From positions 480,001 through 544,000 of the forward strand of contig CAVZJV010000014.1 of assembly GCA_963775685.1 (NCBI GenBank): a DNA stretch of 64,000 nucleotides, written 5' to 3'. Positions 52,913 through 63,894 of the stretch are shown here, piece by piece (the stretch's first letter is position 1; each line of letters opens with the position of its first letter). The translations under genes and the position numbers were made by a program. Below the pieces are notes generated by a model. That model made no database searches, had not been told where the DNA came from, and saw nothing but the letters and a program-made list of their open reading frames with translations. This DNA comes from Candidatus Bathyarchaeota archaeon. GTDB lineage: Archaea; Thermoproteota; Bathyarchaeia; Bathyarchaeales; Bathycorpusculaceae.

Positions 52913-53831
52913 AATCCCCCACTTTTTGACCAACAATGCTAAAGAAAATATCATCCAAAGTAACAGGAGTGATGGAGAATTTTGCGCCTTGTTCGGAGAG
53001 CAACCGCGCCAATCGGAATGCTTCAGTTTCATTGGTCATTATTTGTATGTGTCCGTTTTTGCTTGTGGTTACTTCGCTGTCTGTCAATGGAGGGATTTGA
53101 GTTTTTGGGGGCACCTTAATGCTGTATTGGTACTTTGAGCTCCCGCGGATCACTGGGAGGGTTCCGATAGAGATTAGTTTTCCTTCTTTTAGAATCCCAA
53201 TGTTGTCTGCAAGCTGCTCTGCTTCGTCGAGGTAGTGGGTCGTAAGAAAGATAAAGCGGTCTTTTCCAAGCTCCCTTAGAATATCCCAGAGTTCTCGTCT
53301 TGAAATCGGGTCTAATCCGGTTGTAGGTTCATCCAGAAAAATAATTTCTGCTTCCGAAGCGGTTACTGTAGCAATGAGAACTTTTCTTTTTGTTCCACCC
53401 GATAGGTGACTGTTTAATGTGTAGGCGTATTGTTCTATCTTGAGTTTCTTAAGCGATTCCAGGGCAAGTTGATTTGCTTGTTTGTAATGGTAGCCGCGCC
53501 AAAGAAGATAAGACAGCACCGTCTGTTTAGGCGTCATCCATCTTATTGTTCTGGCTTCCTGTGGAACAATGGCGATTCTTTCACGCAATTTATCTGTTTG
53601 ACGAAGTACGTCTATGTTGTTTATTCTTGCCGATCCAGTGGTGGGTTCCAATTCCGTTGCAAGGATGCGGATGAGCGTTGTTTTTCCAGCGCCGTTTCTG
53701 CCGATTAATGCGAATATGCCCTTTGTTTCCACTGAAAAACTCACTTTGTCCAGCGCTTTTTCGCGATCTTGGTAGATCTTTGTTAATTCGTTGCATTCCA
53801 GCTTGCCCATGATCAAGTCTACCGAAAACAT
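52896..53831 (-). CDS. ABC transporter ATP-binding protein
   Basis: GRNGAGKTT, LSGGTKRK, LDEPTTGLDP, TTH. Confidence 0.95.
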   Translation of the reverse strand: MFSVDLIMGKLECNELTKIYQDREKALDKVSFSVETKGIFALIGRNGAGKTTLIRILATELEPTTGSARINNIDVLRQTDKLRERIAIVPQEARTIRWMTPKQTVLSYLLWRGYHYKQANQLALESLKKLKIEQYAYTLNSHLSGGTKRKVLIATVTASEAEIIFLDEPTTGLDPISRRELWDILRELGKDRFIFLTTHYLDEAEQLADNIGILKEGKLISIGTLPVIRGSSKYQYSIKVPPKTQIPPLTDSEVTTSKNGHIQIMTNETEAFRLARLLSEQGAKFSITPVTLDDIFFSIVGQKVGDYEGEA

Positions 53832-53945
53832 TGTGTAGTGTTTTATTAACTTACTTTTTCTTCACTAAAAATGTTCCGACTTATACTAAGAAAAAGCTAA
53901 AGTTTATACCAACTTTGGAATGATAGTAACAGAGAGGAAAACGCT

Positions 53946-54971
53946 ATGACCGTTCACTTAGTTTCATGGAATACAAACCGTAACTTGTTGGAGGAAACTA
54001 ATCGCCTCTACGATGAAGCTGGAACCTTTAATTGCATACAGAAGGGCGACCTTGTTGCGGTTAAACTCCATGTGGGCGAATTGGGCAATCCCTATTATGT
54101 GCAGCCATGCTTTGTCCATGACGTCATCCGCAGAGTTAACGAAGTAGGCGGAAAGCCCTTTCTTACTGACTCCAACACAGCCTATAAAGCACAACGAAGC
54201 AACGCCCATGATCACATGAATAACGCTTTGATGAATGGGTATAACATGGCGCCCTTCATCGTTGCGGATGGATTAAAGGGTGAAAACTACCAACTTAAAA
54301 AAACAAAGGGCATCCTTAGAGAAATTGAAGTTTCAGGCGCCATTGCCGAAGCTGACGCCATGATTGTGGTTTCCCACTGTAAAGGACATGAGCTAAGTGG
54401 GTTCGGCGGCGCGATAAAGAATTTGGGGATGGGCTGCACGCCAAGTAATGGAAAAATTCGTCAACACAGAACTGTCGGCTTAGAAGTCGACAAATCCAAA
54501 TGCATCGGCTGTGGCAAATGCAAAGAAAGTTGCCCCCTGAATCTCCCAGACATCATAGAAGGAAAAGCCAGAAATACTTCACCATTATGTATGCGCTGTC
54601 CCTTATGCATTGGGGCCTGCCCCATGGAAGCCATCCGTTTCGTTGGCAAAAAGAATCTTTCTAAGGCTTTAGCATCAGCTGCTTATGGGGTGATTTCCAC
54701 TTTCAAACCATCCAAAGTGGCATATGTGAGTTTTGCTAAAGATATTACTCGATATTGTGATTGTTTGCCAAACCCAGGTGAAATAATGCTTAAAGATGTT
54801 GGTGTGTTTGCTTCAGATTCGCCGGTTTCAATCGATGCTGCGTTTCTGCAATCAGTTGACTATCAGGTATTGAACGATGCTTCTGATGTGGATTGCATGT
54901 TGCAAGTAAAAGAGGCAAAGGCACTTGGGATTGAGGGCGAAGTTAAACCCAAAATAAATATTTTAAGCTAA
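53946..54971 (+). CDS. DUF362 Fe-S protein with a 2x[4Fe-4S] ferredoxin insert
   Basis: KLHVGELGN, HCKGH, GGAIKNLGMG, CIGCGKCKESCP, CDC. Confidence 0.92.
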   Translation: MTVHLVSWNTNRNLLEETNRLYDEAGTFNCIQKGDLVAVKLHVGELGNPYYVQPCFVHDVIRRVNEVGGKPFLTDSNTAYKAQRSNAHDHMNNALMNGYNMAPFIVADGLKGENYQLKKTKGILREIEVSGAIAEADAMIVVSHCKGHELSGFGGAIKNLGMGCTPSNGKIRQHRTVGLEVDKSKCIGCGKCKESCPLNLPDIIEGKARNTSPLCMRCPLCIGACPMEAIRFVGKKNLSKALASAAYGVISTFKPSKVAYVSFAKDITRYCDCLPNPGEIMLKDVGVFASDSPVSIDAAFLQSVDYQVLNDASDVDCMLQVKEAKALGIEGEVKPKINILS

Positions 54972-54985
54972 TTTCTAATTTTTGG

Positions 54986-55759
54986 CTAAGACTTGCTTTT
55001 TCCTTTTCTTCTTCGCATTATTATGTAAAGGGCAATTACCGTTGCAAACCCAGCTATAACAGCAACGATTATGTAATGTGAAATACCCGCAACCTCTGTC
55101 CAATTGGACCCCAAGTAATACCCCACATAAATCAAAACGCTATTCCATAAGAGGCACCCTAATATGGTGAAAACCAAAAACTTCGCTAGCGGCATCTTTG
55201 CAGCTCCTGCAGGAAATGATATTAATGTTCTTATTCCTGGGACCAAACGCGCCAGAAAAATCGTAAGTGAACCATATTTGTCGAACCATTTTCCCGCAAA
55301 TTTAAGTTGATCCAAAGAAAACAAGACCCTTCCCAAAATCCTGCGTTTTGTGAGTGCTTCAATGCCCTTCAAGCCTATGTAGTAGTCTATTAGTGAACCT
55401 ATAATGGCTGCGGCAGTTGCAACCATGACGGTAACCCAAAAATTAAACTGACCTATCGAAACAAGGTAGCCAGAAAACGGAAGCACCACTTCGCTTGGAA
55501 CTGGCAGGGAGCTTGATTCAAGAATCATTAAGCCAAAAATTCCTGAGTATCCCCATGAGGACACGGTTGTTTTTACGTCTCTTGTGAAGTTCATGAGGGC
55601 GCTGATTAATGGTCCGCTGGTTATTGATGTGTCTTCGATGAGCACATCTTCCGTTATCTCGAAAAGGACATACACTACGAGAACTATGACTATCGTAACA
55701 GCAATTATTTGAGGTGCTTTCCTTCGTAACAGCGAGATCTTCGAGCTTAGAGCTACCAA
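54986..55759 (-). CDS. DedA family membrane protein
   Basis: ESSSLPVPSEVVLPFSG, ARLVPGIRTLISFPAG. Confidence 0.95.
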   Translation of the reverse strand: MVALSSKISLLRRKAPQIIAVTIVIVLVVYVLFEITEDVLIEDTSITSGPLISALMNFTRDVKTTVSSWGYSGIFGLMILESSSLPVPSEVVLPFSGYLVSIGQFNFWVTVMVATAAAIIGSLIDYYIGLKGIEALTKRRILGRVLFSLDQLKFAGKWFDKYGSLTIFLARLVPGIRTLISFPAGAAKMPLAKFLVFTILGCLLWNSVLIYVGYYLGSNWTEVAGISHYIIVAVIAGFATVIALYIIMRRRKGKSKS

Positions 55760-56026
55760 TGGTTATCAATTGACTTCAATGCTGAACATGAATTTATCTT
55801 AGCCTATAAGAAAGAGAAAAAGTCATCAAACAACGCTCCGGGTCAAACCCAATGAGTCCTCCCGAAAAACCATATCTTTCTGACTAAGATCCGGGTAAGA
55901 ATCATAAAAGAGTATACAAAAATTCATTTTTTGAATGCCAAAAGGTGTTAATGTTGTGCAGTCAAATCAAAATGCAATATAATGCTTGAACTTTCGAGTT
56001 GTGTAGTTTGGTCGGATGTAAATTTT

Positions 56027-56251
56027 TTAAACAACAGAGTGTTCGGATTGGACATCTCTGATTCGGCAATCAGGATTTATATACCGTATAGCAGGGCCCG
56101 CTTTCCATAGAGAATTATAAACTTCAAGAAACTCTTTGCTTGAAAGCTTTTTTTCTTTCTCGATTTTCAACATAGCTTGAGATATTTGGCCATTAGATTC
56201 AAGCGAATCTCCTTTGGTTTTCAAAGCATCTATAAGTCTTTGCTTTAACAC
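56027..56251 (-). CDS. Hypothetical protein
   Basis: ggagg RBS; starts immediately after the stop of the upstream small ORF. Confidence 0.5.
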   Translation of the reverse strand: MLKQRLIDALKTKGDSLESNGQISQAMLKIEKEKKLSSKEFLEVYNSLWKAGPAIRYINPDCRIRDVQSEHSVV

Positions 56252-56404
56252 CTAATTCCTCCATTTTTGAAACAATGAGGTAACGCGATTTTTGGAGTGA
56301 CGCTTTGGCATTGGAACCTGCATGCCATAACTTTTCTCAAGCGCCTGTCGGCACTTTTCCGCAAGCATATCTTGCTTATTAGCCGAACATTTCTTTTCAA
56401 CCAT
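56252..56404 (-). CDS. 50-aa hypothetical protein (absent from ORF track)
   Basis: MVEKKCSANKQDMLAEKCRQALEKSYGMQVPMPKRHSKNRVTSLFQKWRN; abuts the next ORF. Confidence 0.4.
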   Translation of the reverse strand: MVEKKCSANKQDMLAEKCRQALEKSYGMQVPMPKRHSKNRVTSLFQKWRN

Positions 56405-57418
56405 ATACTTAACCTATACAAAAATGGGGACTTGTAAAGATAAAAGGCGTATTTCTTTTTTAAATACGTATGTTTTTAAGGAATAATCTATTGAGGTTAA
56501 TATATCGATAAAAAGAATAAATCACACAATAAGTACAAATCAAAAAATAGTTTGTAAACGTGAGGGTAAAAGCAAAAAGTCTATTCACTATTTGGACTTA
56601 CCAACTTGTTTGGCTGAGTTATTAGTTATGCTTGGTTTTTTGGGTATTTGGAGTTGAGTGTTGCAAGTTTGGAGTCATTAAATGTACTCTTTGGATGTCG
56701 TTATAGAATATCTCTGATGGTCGTCTGCAACTTTGCGTAAAATGACTTTAGATATTTCTCGGGAGATACTTTTGGGAGCTTTGTTCCTCACGGGTAATTT
56801 ACTTATTTTGTCTAGAGAAGTTGTTTTCATTTAATTAATAGTAGATTTCAAGTCGGTAATTAAAAATTTTCAATCGAAAGTTTGGATAAGAAATTATTTA
56901 ATTGAGAATAAATAGGTTAATTTTGGAATATTAGAGAGAGTCTTAACTTGAACTTTATGTCAAAATGTTCTGGAGGGTTGGTTAATAGTGACCGCCCCAT
57001 GAGACTAATAAAATTTAAGCTTAAAGCAAAAATCAGTTACATTGCTCTGGAGAAAATCACAACGGAGATAATAGCGGATAATCTGGTTGAAGCGAAATGA
57101 ACAGTAAACTTTGCAAAATACGCCCCACTTCTAACGCTTAAATTGGTTATTGCATGATTCAAGAGTTTAGAGAAAGTCTTCCCTCTTTTGAAGAGTTTAC
57201 AATAAAATAAATGTAGGTTTCTAAGGGATGTTAACGCGTTTTTAAGTCTTCAATCTATTGAAATATTAAAAAAATAAAATATACCTAACGAATTGCTACA
57301 TCAATTAAGCAAGTTTTGCTTTTTAGCTATATTGTGCATTTTGAAATATCGCTTAAATCCTTTTTTTGATTTTGCTTTGTTTAAAGAAATAGAAATCACG
57401 AACCAGTTGGTGACATGT

Positions 57419-57745
57419 GTGGTTAGTAAAGATCAAGCCATAGGCGGTGCAATATTATTAATTTGCGGTCTGGTTGCAGTACTATACATTATAACGTTGT
57501 CTTATCCACAATGGCTAGTCACTTTCGGGCTGCTCAGCGTTTCTTCTAACGTTCAATTTTGGGTAATTGCTGTGCCGGTCTTTGTAGCTTTTGAAGCAAT
57601 AATGTTCATTGGAACATGGATAGGGTGGACAATGGCAACAACACTTTCTCCAAAACCAATCGAAAAAAACACAACTGAAAGAGATAACAACGGAGAAGGA
57701 ACAAAATTTGAGGAAAGTCAAGGTCCGGCCAAGATGGCAAGCTAG
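57419..57745 (+). CDS. Small two-TM membrane protein of a TACK-type family
   Basis: SKDQAIGG...WIGWTMATTxxPKPIE motif; ggtga RBS. Confidence 0.75.
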   Translation: MVSKDQAIGGAILLICGLVAVLYIITLSYPQWLVTFGLLSVSSNVQFWVIAVPVFVAFEAIMFIGTWIGWTMATTLSPKPIEKNTTERDNNGEGTKFEESQGPAKMAS

Positions 57746-58186
57746 ACATTGAGCTTAGACTGTTATATTATAAAAAACTTTAACTCCTTCAGCAATAAAG
57801 TAATGCAAGATCGAATTATCGGTAACAAATACTTTTGAGTCTATTTGCAAATCCACAATCAATTCATTTAAAAGGGATGTTTTGGAGTTTTACGTTTGAG
57901 TTGTTTGCCTGGATTATTGTTACCACTAGTGTGTGCAGGGTGTGGGTTGCAGCAACCGCAGCAACAGCAACTTCTATTTATTTCGATTAATAGTCCGTTT
58001 GTTAATTTAGATTCTTTGCACGGTTTCAAAAGTCACAAGAATGAACTGTTGCAACTTTTCAAGGAGAGAGCCAGAAACTGAAAAGCACAACAGATGAGAT
58101 CTAAATTTTTTTATAAGAACCATATAGAGATTTTATATGTTTGGTAAGAGTAAAATCAATCGAGTTATTTTGAACTCAAAAGACAA

Positions 58187-58432
58187 TTATGTTAAAGATT
58201 TAACCCTGAAAAATTTTAGGATCCTATCGCCTGAATCAGTGATGACAAAAGTAGCGGTTGCACAATTTTCTTGCTTTATAACTAATCCTTGTTCAACAAG
58301 CACACCAATATGTTCTTTCAGCCACTTCATATCGACATCTATTAAAGAAATTATTTCATCAAGGCGAGTAGGACCATGTTTCAAAAGTGAATTGACAACG
58401 CTAATGTACATCTCTAGTTGTGTCCTTGCCAT
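58187..58432 (-). CDS. ArnR1-like winged-helix regulator
   Basis: RTQLEMYISVV...LVEQGLV...ITDSG. Confidence 0.8.
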   Translation of the reverse strand: MARTQLEMYISVVNSLLKHGPTRLDEIISLIDVDMKWLKEHIGVLVEQGLVIKQENCATATFVITDSGDRILKFFRVKSLT

Positions 58433-58770
58433 TGTCGAAGCCCAGTCTCTCTCTTTAAGGATTTGTCGGTGTTGAATTTTATAAATGTTGGCATTTTTTT
58501 ACCCTGCGGCAAGGTTTTATTTTGAGAACAATAAACTGAAACAATATTTTTTTGAATCGAAGCAAAATCATGTCGTTAACGCTGAGTTTAAAAACTTGGC
58601 TGTTTTTGGGAAGACATATTTTTCTATCCTGGAAGAGGTGGATTCGATCTTTTTGATGGCCGTTAGATGCGATAAACACCTTTCACTTTCAATTGCAAGT
58701 AATTTGATTTAGAGTTAAATTTTGTTGACATTTCCGGTTTTTTGCAATTTCAGGAAACTCTTGAGGTTGT

Positions 58771-59055
58771 CTAAGATTCTGATAAGTTGCCAACTATTTG
58801 GAAAACTTCTCTTATTAAAAGTTCCTGAATTCGGCTATATTCTTCTTCTGCCTTTAACGGATTCTTCAGACTTTTTGCATGTGTGGCCGCGTGAGCTTCT
58901 ATGATGCGACCCATCTCAGTCAAGTCAGAAACCAATAGAATTATAGTGCCACATTCACACCTAATTGAGATTTTTTCCTTGACTTGATTTTTTCTTTGCA
59001 TGCATTGTTCATCTAATATTCTGTCTATTGGAGAAGCGCTAATAAATCTTGCCAT
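58771..59055 (-). CDS. Small CxCG...HxxxH zinc-binding hypothetical protein
   Basis: IRCECGTIILL...IEAHAATH. Confidence 0.7.
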   Translation of the reverse strand: MARFISASPIDRILDEQCMQRKNQVKEKISIRCECGTIILLVSDLTEMGRIIEAHAATHAKSLKNPLKAEEEYSRIQELLIREVFQIVGNLSES

Positions 59056-59183
59056 AGCGAAACAAATTTGCTTTTGTTAAGCAATTATGCAAATTCACCT
59101 CAAGTTTTTTTCACATTTGTTTAGTGAAATTGCAAAAGAACTTAAATATTGACTCTTTAGATTAATTATACCGGGGATAAGGT

Positions 59184-59969
59184 ATGGCTTATCTTGGACC
59201 GCTAAAATCCGAGCTAAAAATCCACATATTACTCAGTCTTTTAGAGCGGGAAAAAAAACTAGGAGATATCCGCGTCGATCTCAAATCTAGCGAAACCACG
59301 ATTCTCCATACATTAAAAGACCTTGAAGGCTTGAACCTGACTATCAAGTCTTGTGGTATTTACCGGTTGACATCATTGGGTCTTTTAGAAGCCCAAATGT
59401 GCAAATATGCAAGCTCGTCTAATGAAGTTATTGAAAAATTCAAAGATTTTTGGCTACTCCACGACTTATCTTCATTACCGCCCTGTCTGATGCTAAGAAT
59501 AGGAGCCTTGAGAGATTCAACTTTGATTCGAGCAGAAGCTCTCGAACTGGATAAAGTTTACAAAACCTTCAATGAAGTTCTTATGAAATCATCGAAAGTA
59601 ACAGGAATCTCCCCGATTTTCCATGCAAACTACATACCGGTGATAGAGTACTTGCTTAGCCTAAATGTGCCCGTTGAATTGATTCTCACCCCAGGCGTTC
59701 TTACTAAAACTCTGGCATTGGCTAAAAAGGACAACCTTAAGAAAAGCTTTGAAAGTGGTACGTTAAAGATTTACCTCAAAGAAAATTTAAAATTTGCTTT
59801 GACGGTCACGGACAAAAATTTCTCGTTGGGTCTTTTTAAGAATAATGGAGAATACGATGACAATATGGACCTGTTGTCACTAAATAAGGAAGCAATTGAA
59901 TGGGGACAAGAGCTTTTCGTAGATACTCTGAAAGACAGCACAAGAATTGAGTCGGAGGCGCTCATGTAA
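59184..59969 (+). CDS. wHTH + DUF1724 (FilR1-like) transcriptional regulator
   Basis: N-terminal wHTH; FWLLHDLSSLP, LTVTD, GEYD, AIEWG..LF. Confidence 0.85.
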   Translation: MAYLGPLKSELKIHILLSLLEREKKLGDIRVDLKSSETTILHTLKDLEGLNLTIKSCGIYRLTSLGLLEAQMCKYASSSNEVIEKFKDFWLLHDLSSLPPCLMLRIGALRDSTLIRAEALELDKVYKTFNEVLMKSSKVTGISPIFHANYIPVIEYLLSLNVPVELILTPGVLTKTLALAKKDNLKKSFESGTLKIYLKENLKFALTVTDKNFSLGLFKNNGEYDDNMDLLSLNKEAIEWGQELFVDTLKDSTRIESEALM

Positions 59970-59986
59970 AATTAGAAGGGGAGTTA

Positions 59987-60823
59987 ATGTGTGTAAATGT
60001 TGCAAAGTTTTTGGTTTCAACCTCTTTGCTCTTATCGTTAGATGGTGCCCTCATCGTCATCTTTGGTTCGTTTCTCTATGCAATTCAAATAAATCCTGAA
60101 TTAGCGATAGCGTCATTTTTAGCTGTATTCTCAATCTACAACTTAAATAAAGCCACAGACAAAGTCGAAGACCAAGTCAATCAACGCGAAACGTGCTCCA
60201 AACCTAACAAACATTACTTTATTTTTTCAGTTGCCACCATGATTATAAGTCTCATAATAGGGGCTCTAATCAGCTTCTTCTCTTTCTTAATTCTAATAAC
60301 ACCTATCGTTATAGGTTTTTTCTACAGCATCAAGATATCGCATAAGCTGCCCAGACTTAAAGAAATAACAGGGGGAAAGAGTCTCTTTGTCGCCTCTTGC
60401 TGGAGTATTATCGGGGCTTTTCTGCCACTGTCTTTGCATCCGATCAATTTCGAGAAAGTTGCGTTAGTGTTCACTTACATTTTTGCTCAAGTAATGGTGA
60501 ATACTATTTTGTTTGACTATTTTGATGCCAAAGGGGATTTGTTAACGGGAATTAAAACAATCCCTACAGCACTCGGACCAAGCAGAACAAAGTTACTTCT
60601 CATCACTACAAATAGCACTTTGATATTATGGCTTGGCTTTTGTTGTTATGCTGGGTTATTCATCAAGTTTATTCCAGCCCTACTTTTGGGAATAATCTAC
60701 AGTTACTTAATAATTTGGCACTTCCTCATCAGTAAAAAATCTCGAAAAGGTATTACAGATATTATAATAGACGGAGAATGGCTCCTTATAGTTCCTTTAA
60801 TGCTACTACTTATTCTTGTCTGA
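59987..60823 (+). CDS. UbiA-family prenyltransferase
   Basis: NKATDKVEDQVN, RLKE, FDYFDAKGD...TIP Asp-rich motifs; multiple TM helices. Confidence 0.88.
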   Translation: MCVNVAKFLVSTSLLLSLDGALIVIFGSFLYAIQINPELAIASFLAVFSIYNLNKATDKVEDQVNQRETCSKPNKHYFIFSVATMIISLIIGALISFFSFLILITPIVIGFFYSIKISHKLPRLKEITGGKSLFVASCWSIIGAFLPLSLHPINFEKVALVFTYIFAQVMVNTILFDYFDAKGDLLTGIKTIPTALGPSRTKLLLITTNSTLILWLGFCCYAGLFIKFIPALLLGIIYSYLIIWHFLISKKSRKGITDIIIDGEWLLIVPLMLLLILV

Positions 60824-60993
60824 GAACAGGGACATCACAATGAGTGCTAGTTTAGAGGCAATTTCTGAAACCTTTTACAAACAAAATAACTATCTTATTT
60901 TGTTGAGAATATTGACAACTATTGAGACACAAAAAAGTAATACATTGTCTCAACATCACCGATAAATACAACTTTCAAAATATTGTTTAATAA

Positions 60994-61977
60994 ATGCAAG
61001 TTCTTAAACGACATAAAACAATCGCTCTGGTTTCACTTTTTTTAGCTACCATATTAACTGTTTCAGCGGTTTTTATTGTCCAAAACATTCCTAAACCTTC
61101 ATCAAATCCGCATCCTTCCCCTACGCCCACCCTTTCTCCTTCTCCTTCCCAAAACTCACCATCACCGACATTTAATCCAACTGCAACCCCAACACCTGCC
61201 CCCACTTTCACTTCACAACCCACCCCAACACCTTTTCGTTTCCCAGGCGAAGTTAGTCAGTATCAGAACCAAACATTAACGCCCATTGTCGTTTATATCG
61301 ATACTATTAATCAGCACCCCGATGTTGCAATTGCTGGAACACAGTTTATAGATAAATCAACTTATCATTTAGCTATTACAGGCCTTGTGAATAATCCCTT
61401 AAGTTACACATACAATGAAGTCATAGACAGCTTTAATTCAACCCTAGAAGTTGCTACGCTTCCTTGCGTGGAAGGATGGAGTGCAACTCTGCTATGGGAA
61501 GGAGTCCCAATAAGCGATCTTCTTCAACAAGCAGGCGTTAGCTCAGATGCAACAACACTCATTTTCTTGGCATCCGACGGTTACTCAACCTCGCTACCAC
61601 TGGACTATGTAAAACAAAACAATATTACGATAGCCTACAAAATGAACAACGTACCCCTCACAGCTCAAACTGGATGGCCTTTCTTTCTTGTAGCCAAAAA
61701 CCAATATGGATACAAATGGATAGAATGGCTGACAGAAATTAACGTGTCAAGCAATTCAAGCTACCTTGGATACTGGGAAAGCCAAGGCTACCCCAATAAC
61801 GCAACGGTTTTCGTCCCAAACAACACCATACAACTACTAAGCAGTGTTCCTACCTTCCTTTCAGTTATCGTCATTTTGATTGCATTCGCAGTGATAGCAG
61901 GGGTAGTACTTGTTTCTTGGCGCAAAATAAAGAAAAATCAGAAATTAACTCTTTGTCAATGCCCGTTGCTTCTCTGA
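60994..61977 (+). CDS. Membrane-anchored molybdopterin-dependent oxidoreductase (sulfite oxidase/MsrP family) with a Pro/Thr linker
   Basis: LPCVEGWS, WEGV, DGYSTSLP, GYKWIEW, GYWE; N- and C-terminal TM helices. Confidence 0.9.
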   Translation: MQVLKRHKTIALVSLFLATILTVSAVFIVQNIPKPSSNPHPSPTPTLSPSPSQNSPSPTFNPTATPTPAPTFTSQPTPTPFRFPGEVSQYQNQTLTPIVVYIDTINQHPDVAIAGTQFIDKSTYHLAITGLVNNPLSYTYNEVIDSFNSTLEVATLPCVEGWSATLLWEGVPISDLLQQAGVSSDATTLIFLASDGYSTSLPLDYVKQNNITIAYKMNNVPLTAQTGWPFFLVAKNQYGYKWIEWLTEINVSSNSSYLGYWESQGYPNNATVFVPNNTIQLLSSVPTFLSVIVILIAFAVIAGVVLVSWRKIKKNQKLTLCQCPLLL

Positions 61978-62162
61978 TCCAATGCAGCGATGTTTGCTGC
62001 TTTTTTCTTTTAAAAAGAAAAAATCTTTCGAAGCATTGCAGCCGTTTCTTACTTCAATCTAAATAGCCAACAAAATCATTCGAGAGAATAACAACAACAG
62101 ACGACGATTTAGCGTTTGAATCAGGATTTCTAAGTCTTCTCTTAACAGCCTTTCTGTCTAAT

Positions 62163-62278
62163 AGAACAACAACACTTGAAATTGCAGTAATGGCAGGGCT
62201 TGTTTTGGGTTGTTTTCTTGATTTAGGGTTTGCGGCGTTTGCAGGTTGCGTCTGGAAACGTTACAGAACGTCACAAAA
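62163..62278 (+). repeat. About 116-bp dispersed repeat, copy 2
   Basis: Near-identical to the reverse complement of 27879-27994. Confidence 0.92.
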
Positions 62279-62561
62279 AGGCAAAAGGTGTTCTAGTGTT
62301 TTTCTCGTTTGAAATAGATTTCCTATTTGGTTAAAAGCTCACTTTTTTTCTTCCTAACAACCTCCATTTTAATGGTAGAAAGAAAGGAAATAATCAGTAT
62401 CTCTTTTTAGTTGTAACTTTTGTAGCCTTCAACTCTTAATTTTGGGTTCATTAAGGAATTTTTTGCTTTGTGTAGTTGGTTGTGATTTCCAAAATTTTAT
62501 GAAAATGGAGACCATATTACTAAATCAGATATGTTAAGATTGCTGAAACACGATTTATAAC

Positions 62562-62987
62562 ATGAATTGTTCAACTTACAAAATAGAGAATAGCTATAGA
62601 AGAGGAAAAAAAGTGACATCAGAGTTAATTGAAAGTTCACCTAAAAGACGAGACAAACTTGTAATCATGACTGAAATTGTGTGCATCGCTAAAAAAGGGA
62701 CTTCGAAAACTCACATCATGTTTAAAGCTAGCCTAAGTTTCAGCCAGTTAAAACAATATCTATCTCTTCTGACGAAAACTGGTCTTCTTGAAAAATTTTC
62801 AATCAATGGAAAAGAGATTTTTAAATCGACGCCGAAGGGTATTGAGTTTATGGAGATGCAACAGTTCATTATTAATTTTCTAACTGAAGATTCTAAAGAG
62901 TATGGCAACTGTTTGAAAAATTCATTTATCTTCACCGCTCATAACAAAAGTAAAATTTTTCTGCGACCAATCAACAGAATGCTGTAG
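62562..62987 (+). CDS. ArnR1-like winged-helix regulator
   Basis: RRDKLVIMTEI...KTHIMFKASLSFSQLKQYL...TPKG. Confidence 0.88.
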   Translation: MNCSTYKIENSYRRGKKVTSELIESSPKRRDKLVIMTEIVCIAKKGTSKTHIMFKASLSFSQLKQYLSLLTKTGLLEKFSINGKEIFKSTPKGIEFMEMQQFIINFLTEDSKEYGNCLKNSFIFTAHNKSKIFLRPINRML

Positions 62988-63507
62988 TATTAAATCAGTT
63001 ATCTTTTTGCTATTCATTTCTGCTTGTCTAGCCGAAAGATAGTATCCCAGTAATTAATTGTTGGCTTTCTGTGATAGAGTTGATAGTTTATTTTAAGTGA
63101 ACCTTTTTTGGTTAATAAACTTAAATAAAGTGATTCCTGAAGGAGAATTTTTGATTTCTGTGATAGTTTTTAGTTTTAACCTAAAACATTGAACAAATTT
63201 GAAATGTTTTAATTACCTCTTAAAAAAAATGGAAAAGGAGAATAAAGAGTCTTCAGTTTATTGATTTCTGGTTTTTAAAATATGAAAATAGTTTGTTTGT
63301 AGAGTTTAGCTATGGAACTAAGTTTAAAGGTTTAACTGGAGGTTACGATAGAATGTGGAGTTACTGTCGTTACGCTATTTGTTGAAACGTAAATAGAGGG
63401 GGTGTGTTTGTGGTTGTAGGGAATGCTATGTAAATACCTTAAGAACTACGTCACAAAAAAAAACAATTTCCGCAGCCATATGCATTTTAATAATCATAGG
63501 TCTTAGC

Positions 63508-63894
63508 ATGACACTGGAGGATTTTGTTTCAAATAGAAGCATTGTCCACGCAGAATCCGTTAAAGGGATAGGAGTCGGAATATACTGGGATCAGACATGC
63601 CTAAACAAAACTCAATCGCTGAATTGGGGCACAATAGCGGCAGGTTCCTTCAATAATTTGACTGTCTATGTTAGAAATGAAGGCAATTCTGAAGTCATAT
63701 TATCGTTGGGTACATCAGACTGGACTCCATCCTCAGCTTCCAGCGATATTTACATAAACTGGAACTACACAGACAATGTTCTTGGAACATACGAAGTAAC
63801 TCCAGTAAAATTAACATTAACTGTATCACCGACAATCGATGGAACAACCGATTTTAACTTTATAACAAGCATAACAGCAAGAAACGTGTATTAG
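63508..63894 (+). CDS. Exported beta-sandwich protein (surface protein family); N-terminal hydrophobic segment lies upstream in frame
   Basis: GVGIYWD..C...LNWG...YVRNEGN...WNY; KKTISAAICILIIIG upstream. Confidence 0.75.
   Translation: MTLEDFVSNRSIVHAESVKGIGVGIYWDQTCLNKTQSLNWGTIAAGSFNNLTVYVRNEGNSEVILSLGTSDWTPSSASSDIYINWNYTDNVLGTYEVTPVKLTLTVSPTIDGTTDFNFITSITARNVY

Noticed and set aside
61090-61235. Repetitive C/A-rich DNA
   Set aside because: Explained by the Pro/Thr/Ser linker of the molybdoenzyme
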